Source: the human T2T-CHM13v2.0 reference genome, Homo sapiens. Taken from it: 64,000 nt of DNA. Below the pieces are notes generated by a model. It worked only from the letters and a program-made list of their open reading frames with translations, ran no database searches and was not told the origin of the DNA. This document shows positions 53,848 through 64,000 of this stretch, piece after piece. The stretch lies in assembly GCF_009914755.1 (NCBI RefSeq), contig NC_060936.1, one strand, 5' to 3'. Positions within the stretch are counted from its first letter, which is position 1, and every line of letters starts with the position of its first letter. Made by a program: the position numbers and the translations under genes.

Positions 53848-54056
53848 CAGGGCCAGCTTCATGGGTAGGCAACATGGGTAGTTTCACAGGTCCTCACACT
53901 TAAAAGGGCCCTGAAATTGGTTTAATGTTTGCGGTCACTGTCTTGAAAATCTTAAAATTACATTTTGAGACAGGAACTTTACATTTTGTAGTGGAACTTT
54001 ACATTTTGCATTCTCTCTAATCCAAGTTTGGCTAACAAATTAGGTAGCTGGTCTTT
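53848..54056 (+). mobile_element. MER91A-like hAT-Tip100 MITE
   Basis: CAGGGCCAGCTTCATGGG...CAAATTAGGTAGCTGGTCTT; internal 16-bp duplication ggaactttacattttg. Confidence 0.65.
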
Positions 54057-54971
54057 ATCAAGGGGTCTTATGAAGGTTCTAATATCAATCCAACTATTAC
54101 TCATTATTAAAATTCAATTTCCTTCTCATTTTTAGTTAAAAACAAAGATAAATGAAAAGCTAACATTTTCCTCCCATGTCCCTAGGTGTACACATAGACA
54201 CTGGGGATCAGTGCTCTCAATGAAATTAAGGGTTTGCTGTCTTGGGTAGGATAGAGGATGGAACTGACAGTTTCCTTCTAGAGTCTAGAGTCAATCTTCA
54301 AACAGTAAAAGCTGAAAAAACTTCCATGCTCTGCAACTTTGTAGAATTAAATTCTGTAAAGAGTGTGTTCAAGAATGTCTGTTAATAATTTTACCCAATT
54401 TAGTAGTCAAAATATGTTATAAACTTCATACATTATTCTGTTTAACCAGCCATAGCAAATTGTCACAGCTTGGGATGGGGATTTAGGGGTGGGGCAGGGA
54501 TTAGAAAGAAGGTTTTTGAAGTCAGAGAACTAAATTCCGAATACATCTCTGCTAATTGTTGGCTCTGTGACTTTGTTTAATTAGCCTCTTTGAGCTATGT
54601 CTCTTTTGTAAAATTGCCCTGTTACACTTTTCACAAACTTGTTATCAGTATTAAATAAGAGAAAGTTTGTAAATCACCAACATGGTGCCCAGCAGGCAGT
54701 AAATGTCCAGTGAGATTTTTCTGATTCTCTCCTTGCTGAAAATCAGGTACTCGGAAGCCCTCTTTGATCTTAGTTCCCAGAAGTTAGGCTCTTTACTGTT
54801 TTTTCCCTGTGATGACAGACAGAAAAATGACCACCCCTTGCCTCCAGTCCTTACAAACCAGCATTGCCTTGCACAACAGCAGTTTCTTATTTTCTTCTCC
54901 TGCACTCCAGAGTGATTGCAGTTTCTATGAGGAATATTCCTGTCTTAGCACATACTACAGCAGCAACTTCA

Positions 54972-55405
<434 letters not shown>

Positions 55406-56204
55406 TTATGAGAGAACTCTCTGTAGTGAGCTAATATCCTAAGATACTTTTAGTGCCTCAAGGAAGTGGAAATTTACTGGTGTGAACTCATATAGGGGAA
55501 GAAAAAGAAAAAAAGTCAACATATTTTGGATGTCCAGTTTTTTGTCGGGCATTTTATGTATGTTAAATCCTTTAAATCTTACAATACAGGATTTATGACA
55601 CACACTCCCACCCCCAGATGAGGAAATTGTGCATCAGAAGAGTTTAATTCTTAAGGTAATATGGCTCTCTAGGGCAGAAACTGGAATTAAACTTTTTTGA
55701 CAACAGTATGCTGCTTTCTTGGCAATAACACATAACGGCAGAAGGACCTTGGAACCTGTAGGACTGTCTCACAGAGTTCAGCCTGCTCTGCTGGCAAAGT
55801 TTACACCTATCATTCTTTCCAGTGGAGAAGATGAAATCAGGACAGTCAGAAGTTTCACATATCAAATGTGACTTCACATATTTTTTTAAATACTAGAACT
55901 CATAAATTTAAATGATTTCCAAAAAGATTATATTGTGTCAACATATTTCTGTCAATAATGTAATTCACTGTGTCATGTATGTTTGAAAACACACTCTTGG
56001 AATTACCTCGAGAAGTAACTTACTAGCAATTTCAGTAGAAATTTTATTGCTTTATAACAACACTTCAATTCTTACCAAAATTGAATTCTATAAACTAGAA
56101 CATCCACCTCATTTACAAAACTTAACACCTAATGACATTTGAATTTTCTTTAAATTACATCTGCCCTTAAATGGTAAAGGTTGACTAGCTGTGAGAATTA
56201 AATG

Positions 56205-56500
56205 AGACTAAGTCAACAAACACTTATTATACAACTACTATGTGCCCGGCACTATTATAGGTAATCAGAATATAGCAGTGAATATGACAGAGTTCTGCCT
56301 TTATAAAACTGATGTTCCAGTAATGAGATGTTCTTGGAAACATTTTGTAATCCACAAAGAAATAGATATTCCTAATAATGACAAACAATTTCTGAAGACA
56401 ATTTCAATAGAGGAGTTCCAAAAGGTTTTGAGGTACAGTAGCAATAGATACGAATATAACCTCTGAGGCTGATCACTTTTGAGAATGTTCTATTTAAATC
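56205..56500 (-). mobile_element. L2 3' fragment
   Basis: caacaaacacttattatacaactactatgtgcccggcact. Confidence 0.55.
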
Positions 56501-57303
56501 ATTGTCAATTTGAATATATGTCTTAAACATTTGATGATATTCCTTTAAAGTCAGATATGTTTGTTATGTGCAAATGAGGGTGATTTGAAATATACTTTTT
56601 TTTTTAGCTTTAACTACTTTTGATAAGGTCCAAACTCAGAGATGCTAGTAGGTTATTGAATTATATTGAAAACATTTAAAGGATCCAAATGGTACTGAAT
56701 TTAGCCCAAACATTCAGATGCAATGGTAGGAGTCCTTGTCCAGCACCTGGATGTTTGGGTACTTCAATGACCCACTGCCTTGTATTTACAAATCAGGACC
56801 AGATACTTGATCTTAAGCAGGCCACATATCCAGGTGACTAACAGATTTATTTGTTAAACATATTTTAAATGCGCTGATGATGTATAGATATGCTGACTCA
56901 CAGATTTCAAAAGTAAATTTAGCATTTGTATTCCAACAGTCATTCTAACAAGAAAACTGTAAGAGAATTTACCAATTAGGTCTAACAGGAAAAAAACTCA
57001 TAAACAAATTTATGTAATATAATTTTCTACTTCTTATGATAACAGCAAGAAAGAATATATTAATACTTGGTGTTTAGTGACAAGTGTTAGAAAAAAACTT
57101 GAAGCTTCAAGAGACCACAGGAATTTAGAAAGCCTCCTATTTGAAATGGTAGAAAATCATATCTATACTATGATAAATTCTGTGTCTGTAACTTAGCTAT
57201 TTATTTGATGAATTCAGTACTGCTTTTAGCTTTAACAATATAACTCCCTTTATGAAACTCTTCATCAATATATTTGTTTAACCACTCTGTCTTTGGTGTC
57301 TAG

Positions 57304-57427
57304 GCACAGTATATCTTTTTACACCAGTGCATTCTGGATCTCTTATCAAATAAGGGAAGTAATCAGCCCATCTGTTTTGTTAACTATTCAGCACTTCAGA
57401 AGATGGACTCTTTGGACGCCATGGAAG
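57304..57427 (+). CDS. PTPRQ: PTPRQ penultimate coding exon (124 nt) [41 protein letters not shown]
   Basis: ggtgtctag|GCA...GAAG|gtaaac; QYxF motif. Confidence 0.95.
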
Positions 57428-57687
57428 GTAAACAGAAACAACAGTATATGCCCAGCTTACTAGTTTACCACCTACGGTAAGAACATAAATTTCAGAATAA
57501 CCATATGTTAAAAATGTTTAAGAAGCTGGATTAGTGCACAGATCAGGTTTTTTTTCTTTAACTTTTCTCTAATCCAAGTTGGGCTAATAATACCCTTTCT
57601 GTCTACATTATATTTTTATCATGAAACATTTCAATTTTGAACTGTTAACTTCAACACTCTCTTGTAACATGTTACTTTCTGTTATAG

Positions 57688-57725
57688 GTGATGTTGAGCT
57701 TGAATGGGAAGAAACCACTATGTAA
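57688..57725 (+). CDS. PTPRQ: PTPRQ last coding segment GDVELEWEETTM*
   Basis: tttctgttatag|GT GAT...ATG TAA; phase 1 matches the previous exon. Confidence 0.94.
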
Positions 57726-57924
57726 ATATTCAGACCAAAGGATACAATTGGAAGAGATTTTTAAATCCCAGGGGCCAAAGTTACCCCCTCATTCTTCCGA
57801 ATTGAAATGTGCAACCTTAAAGAAATATCTATGCTTCTCTCACTGTGCCTTTCCAAACGGATTGAACATTTTAAGACTAGTTCTTGAAAATAGCTAATAC
57901 AGAATAATTATTTGTTTTGTACAG

Positions 57925-57930
57925 AATAAA
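57925..57930 (+). terminator. Candidate proximal polyadenylation signal
   Basis: AATAAA with TGTA at 57918-57921 just upstream and T-rich sequence downstream. Confidence 0.35.
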
Positions 57931-58578
57931 TATTATGCATTTTAAATGCTTAAGAAAAGACATCCCATATGTTTTTGAAGTCCTCCATATTTTGGAATAA
58001 GCCAAATAGAAAATTATTATTATATTAGCATTAATGTTTCAATGTGAATTTTCCCTATGTATTGGATTTAATTTTGAGCAAAAGTTGTAAATGTTGATTC
58101 AGTAGTGTTGTTTTGGCTTACAGGGTATTGATGTTTCTTGTGGATAATTTCCAGGACTGTCATAATGATCTGTACTTCCATGTACACCCCTGTGTTTTGA
58201 ATCCTCTGTTTTATGAGTGCTGAGATATCATCTCATGATCCCGAACAGCTGAACAGTAACCCCCTGACACTGCAGGGATTACTTGGCCTTTATACAACAC
58301 ACAGTAGCTCTTCAGGGACACTTAGGGCTATTTAATTTGCATTGTGATCTTCAGTTTGAGAACCTTAAAAGAAAAATTAAAAGTGCAATTGCACACATGA
58401 AATTACAGAGTACCATTCTAGCAAACCTACATTTGTAAACTTTAAAACACAAGTTTTACCCCCTGTATTGTATATTCAAATATATAGTAAATGTATCAGA
58501 GTATTTGCCCATTAGATATAGTCAACCTAATATTAACAATTCTGAAGAGTTTCTTCAGCAAAAATGTATCAAAAGAGT

Positions 58579-58584
58579 AATAAA
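58579..58584 (+). terminator. Candidate middle polyadenylation signal
   Basis: AATAAA with TGTA at 58565 and GT-rich sequence downstream. Confidence 0.35.
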
Positions 58585-58953
58585 AACACTGTGCGTGTTT
58601 CAAGCTTGTAAACCAATGATGTGCTGCTGTGGTGCCAACAGAGACTTCCAAATGGATTATGTTAAATGGCCGTCATTTCATTTCCCAAGGTTGATTTTGA
58701 GCAGTATACTTGGTGGAACTGAAAACAAAGAAATTAACCATGTATAGCAAATTCAAGGTTTCTTTATAGAAAATCTTTCAGCCTCCATCTTATTAAATAG
58801 TGACAATGTGGTAAGTTTTGAATTATATGAACTCATTTTGTCATAGATTTCAATTAAGAGTAATAAATAGTATTAATTATTCTCTTCTATGATAAGAAGT
58901 ATATCTTATGCTTATTTCCGCTGGAACATATATATATAAGAAATGCTATGGCT

Positions 58954-58959
58954 AATAAA
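58954..58959 (+). terminator. Likely distal polyadenylation signal AATAAA
   Basis: AATAAA in a cluster (58862, 58954, 59011) about 1.2 kb after the stop. Confidence 0.55.
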
Positions 58960-61835
58960 ATTGAATTTTAATGAATTATCTTGCAGCATAATTTCAGAAG
59001 TTCCTATATAAATAAAAATTTGATTTTGTATCTCCTATTAAGACATAATAATTATACTAATCCTCACATAAAATACATAAAATAAAGATATACCTACAAG
59101 TATAATATGACATAATTTATGTAATATAATATAAATAATTAAGATATAATTATTTCTTAAGACATCCATAAGTAATTTTAATGTGGGATATACTATCCAA
59201 GAAATTAAAGACCTTAGTCTCACAGTCTCTAGAAAAGTGTAAAATTTACTTCCTTTTTTTTTCATGGCAAGGAAGTACAAATAAATACAATCCACTACTG
59301 TTCCAGCTAATAAGTTTATAGAAAGTTACCGAAAACAATAAAAAATGATGAGAACTCTAAAAGATTCAAGTTGGGGTTATACGTTCTTTAGTTTCCTTTA
59401 TGTCAATTATGGAAAATATATGGCAAGCCAGTATGGGGTTTTGTACTCGTTAAAGACAAATAACATAATCGGTGGGAAGTATTGGTGAGGTAACTTTTTA
59501 GTGTATCAAATGATTTTAAAACATAGTTCAATCTACAGGCCAGTCCACTTTCTGTTATATCTGTATAAATCAGATGTTTAGAAGATAGAGTTTGACCCAT
59601 ATATATATGCATATGTGTATACATAAAACACAGTTTGAATATTAAGTCTCTTCGAACCATGCTTATCAAACTTTAATGTTTATACAAAGTACCTGGTGAT
59701 TGTCTTAAAACGCAGATTCTGCTTCAGTAAAAAGAGAATAGTCCTGAGAGTCATTTCTAGCAGGTACTTGAGTTATAATATTGCTGCCTAATTTCAGGAT
59801 ATATGTTGAATAATGTGTGAATCTCTAAAAGACATTAGTCAGGATCATAACAATTTTAGATCTACCTAAAATTATTTAAAACATGTTTGTAAAAGATTTG
59901 GCTTCATTATAAAAAAAATTGTAACAGAGCATTTATAAAATATTCATAGCTAGCTATATCAAGACACTAACTAAAATTAAGTTGAAACCCAGACATTAAT
60001 GACAGCTAAATTTTCTTTTAATGATATTGTGAAAGGGCCAATTTATACCCAGGTTCTATAGGTGGCTACTAAGTGCTAATTAAAATAATGAAGAACATCT
60101 GTAACATTTTTAGATCAGATTTGTCAAAATACGTTGAAGCACATGTACAATAAATGAGCAACATGTGTTTCATATGAACCAAATGAAACTGGAGCCTCTC
60201 AGAATGCTTTGCCAGAGACAACAGCAGCTGTGGGTATCACCTCTACTTTCATTCTGCTTTAAAATGCCTCATTTTCTTCTTTCAGTTTATAGGTGAAATG
60301 TATAATAAGTCTTTTGCAGAAAAATTAATTAAACGTTGACCTCTTCATAAAGGAGATGGTGATTCATTCCACATATTGTACCAAACACTAGCTTTTAAAA
60401 TAAAAATTTAAGTTCAGCAAAGTATTCTATAAATTGAAGCCGTTATTCTGATGATCATGTCCATTTTCATTAGCTAACTTTTAGAAAACTCAGTGAAATA
60501 TTTTAAGAAACTTAGGACACAATGATTTGAAATTCTCAACTGAATTATATTTAAAAGTGAAAATATGAAAAAAGTGTATAAAGCATAATCTTGGTGAAAC
60601 AGCTTGTCTTCTTAGGACAAGTAATATTTCGTGGTAAATGACTTTATAAATATGGATAGAGTTTCTACGTAGAATCGGGATAATACACCCACCAGCTCAT
60701 GGAGATGTTCTGAGGAACAGATTAGATTACATATAGGAAAATGTTTTGAAAATTACAGTGAACTTTACAAAGTTAGGATAATCTTTTACTAAGACTGGTC
60801 AATGTGTAATGTTTATCAAAAAGATAATGCATCCCATTTTAAGATTGTATTGTACTTTGTGGGTATTAGTGTCATATTTGTATGTCCATTTCGCATGCAC
60901 AGACTGAAGAGAAAATTATGGCAGATATATTGACTTCTGGTAAGTAAGACTATTGATACTTTACTAAGTAAAATATTTAGTGCTTGTTCAATGAATTTTT
61001 GATTAAAATGAATGTGTAGACAGGTACACAAATAATATAAGATATAATTTGGGAAACAAGTCAAGAAAATTTTCATTTCAGAAGATTACCTGGACATTCT
61101 AAGTCAGTATCTGTGATATTGTCCTCTGAAAATAAAACTCATTTAATAGAAGGTAAAAAAAAAAAAAGCATTATTTTCTGTTAACAAGATTATGTTTCTA
61201 AAGTCACCACCTTAAATTATTTTAATTTCACTAAAAGTTTTATTGGATTGGGAAGTCATTTTAGTAAATTATAAACTTTTTAGAGTACTTTTAAATCCAT
61301 CAACCTTATTAATCCTTACAAAATCCTTTAAGATCGGCAGGGTCCTGTATTACGGGAAAGATAATGAAAGCTTAATTGCTGTGCCTGAAACCACATTAGT
61401 AAAAGTTGAAGCTGAAGTTAAAACTGAGTTTCTATGGCTCCCGAAAAGTACTCTTTCCATAACGTTATGCCAGTCTCTCCATAAGTCAAATGACATGCTT
61501 TGAATAGTGTAAAATGCTCGTGATAAAGAAAGGTCATAATCATCACATGTCCTAATTCCCTATTAGCCAGTTAGAGATTTTCTGCTAATCATATGAAAAT
61601 AAGTAACAAAAACCACAGACAATTCTAGAGGTAAATAAGCTCTTAGAATGAATTTAAGAGAGTAAAAATAATTCTTGATGAATACAGTAATATTAAAGAA
61701 GAAAAGTTTAGAAAGTAAAAAATATTAAAATATTAAAAATGAAAGAAAAAAGAACACTGGAATTTAAAGAATTATGAAAGTAAAGCTAAAAAAAGAGAAG
61801 AGGTTGTTAAAGTCAAAAAAGCTCCATAGCATTTC

Positions 61836-61840
61836 TATAC

Positions 61841-61885
<45 letters not shown>

Positions 61886-61906
61886 TATGTATTGTATGTA
61901 TATATA
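61836..61906. repeat. (TA)n(TG)n microsatellite
   Basis: Read directly from the sequence. Confidence 0.9.
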
Positions 61907-62745
61907 ATCAAATACTATCAAGTCCTTTACCCTACTAATAATCAAAAGAAGGGGGAAGAGTAAGAAAAGGAGAGAAGGAAGAGGACAAAAAGGAGAACTA
62001 GAAGATATAAAAGAAAGAAAAACATAAGAAAGATTCTGTAATTGAATATTTGAATCTTAAAGGTGTGCCTGGCACTGTGCTGGAATCATAACAAGAGTTG
62101 GCATGTTATCTAATTTAAACCACACCTATGAGGTCAACTCCATTAAAAGGGTAGGAAATGGAAGCATGGAGGTATGAGGAAGATTGCCCAGATTCTCACA
62201 GAGAGTAATTGGTAGTCTGGAATTCAAATCCAAGTCTATGTGGCTAGAGTTCAAGTTCCTTTCACAGGTATGTATCACCCTTATTTTATGTTGAAAGGAA
62301 GCACGCAGAAGTCTGGGAATAAACAGGCCTCAAGAAGACAGTTTTTTAAATCCTATTTTGCGCTCACTTCCATTTCAAAACTTTTTAACATGTATGTGGA
62401 CTGTAGGGAATTTGGACATGTGAAAACAGCCTACTTGGGTGAACTTTCAGATTAATTAGTCTTTCTCTTGTTCATTCTTTTTCATTCTTTCTCTTATTAA
62501 TTCATCTGCTATAACTAAATTTATATAAATAAGTATTTTTAAAATCTGTGGCCAGATTGGATGGGTATCCATCTGTATTTACTAATTTTGTGATTTGGGG
62601 GCAAAAAGCAATAACCAGTTTGTACCTCAATTTCCTCATTCCTAATATGGAGATAATTATAATAGCTACCTCACATGTTTGTAGAGCAGTCTTAGTTCAG
62701 AGTGAACACTCAGTGAGGTTTAGATTGTAATATACATAATGATAA

Positions 62746-63362
62746 TGAAGCGGCGTCATTTGTCTGAGGTAATACCCAAGGTCCCTTGTCTCACACCAAG
62801 GAAATTAAGGACGCTGACACACCAGAGTGAGGTTAAGAGCAGAAGTTTAATAGGCGAAAGAAAGAGAAAAGCTCTGTTGCTACAGAGAGGGGCCCCAGAG
62901 AAAATAGGTTGCCACTTCCGCGGTGAAGTGCAGGAGGTTTTAGAGATGAGCTTGAGGAGGCGGTGTTTGATTTACATAGGGCACAAAAGATTGGTCGGAC
63001 CAGGTGTGCTATTTGCATAGTACATGAAAATCTGGCCACCCATACTCTAATCTTTTATTATGCAGATGAGTTTTCTACCTGGCTGGCGTCATGTTGCCTG
63101 CTTCTTTTACTGTACATGTGGTGACAAAGAAAAGGGAAGATAGACCCTCCATGTTCAACATACCTGGCCCCCAGGTAGCCTTTATCTATTGGAACAAATG
63201 CTTCCAGCTTGCTTATCTATGTCTGCAGCTCGATTTTTTCAGGCTGCTCCTTGTTAGAAAAGAAATAATTTGGGGGCTGCTTTTTATTAGAAGGGAAATC
63301 TTGCCAAGGACTCTTTTACCTTCCCTATTTGCCTAAATAATTTCTTTCTAGCTCCTGTGTCA
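62746..63362 (-). mobile_element. ERV1 solo LTR (LTR9-like)
   Basis: TG...CA termini, 617 bp; near-TSD ataa/atat; the minus strand starts TGACACAGGAGCTAGAAAGAAATTATTTAGGC; family name from recall. Confidence 0.75.
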
Positions 63363-64000
63363 ATATTGATAGCAGTTATGATGTTTTTTTCTGTAAGAAT
63401 TCAAATATGCCAAAAATATGACCTATTGATTCACACAGCCACTTGAAAAATATACAGAATACAGAATTATAATCATAATGATTAGTTTCAAATTAGCCTA
63501 GTGGGAATAGAGGGAATTCTTCCTTGGTTTTTAGTGGAATTTCACATTCAGTATTTTTCTTTTAACTTTAAAAAAGGAAAACAAAGTAAATATGATTATT
63601 GACTTTGAGGCATTTCCAACCTAATTCCTTGTTATATAAACCGCATTTTTCTAAATTTTAATCTTTATAATATTCAAATAAAGTTTTTCCAAGCAAAAAT
63701 AATATTTTTAAAAGAAGTACAGCACTTTTAAATTTTTTTATATCTTCATTTCAAACCCATATATCTCTTGGTTAAAAAAAAGATAATTACAGTTTTAAGT
63801 AAAAATAAATGATTCAATAGATGATAAATATAACCTCAAAATACTGAAATATACCAAAGAAATTTAATGTATTTATTACAAACTAGACATACCTGTAAAA
63901 TAATAGAAGTTTTAGATCAGGAAGATAAATTAATGATATGAAAATAAAATAAATGAATTAGAAAATCTACACATATGAATTAATATTTCTCTAGGGAGAG

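Larger units (their letters stand above)
57726..58980 (+). other. PTPRQ: PTPRQ 3'UTR (end approximate)
   Basis: AT-rich sequence after the stop with no recognisable repeats; AATAAA at 57925, 58579, 58862, 58954 and 59011. Confidence 0.7.

Noticed and set aside
62739-63336. ORFs at 62739, 62833 and 63091
   Set aside because: They lie within a solo LTR and show no retroviral protein motifs

Overview
AT-rich human (primate) genomic DNA, not microbial. The window holds the 3' end of PTPRQ (receptor-type tyrosine/phosphoinositide phosphatase Q; hair-bundle protein, deafness gene) on the + strand. I traced 14 phase-compatible GT-AG coding exons from 771 to the stop at 57725: end of the ectodomain, transmembrane helix, juxtamembrane region (including a probably alternative 45/24-nt exon and a 27-nt microexon), a single PTP domain with [16 protein letters not shown] motifs, and C-terminus ETTM. 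An approximately 1.25-kb 3'UTR with several AATAAA signals follows, then intergenic DNA towards MYF6/MYF5 (neighbourhood from prior knowledge). The introns are full of Alu, L1, L2, MIR, LTR and hAT remnants, including one very young AluYa-lineage insertion. The best leads are: (1) the Pax3/homeobox/Six limb enhancer of MYF5 inside the 664-bp intron next to the microexon; (2) a candidate miR-96 site that alternative polyadenylation could include or exclude; (3) a downstream 5' splice site that swaps the PDZ-type C-terminus; (4) a nested in-frame acceptor in the alternative juxtamembrane exon; (5) a MIR-derived cryptic exon next to (UG)19; (6) a DR5 element; (7) a near-perfect intronic hairpin. 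No databases were run. Repeat family names, approximate repeat boundaries and literature links are from recall. Almost all ORFs in the supplied track are spurious. I found no wholly new multi-gene system.
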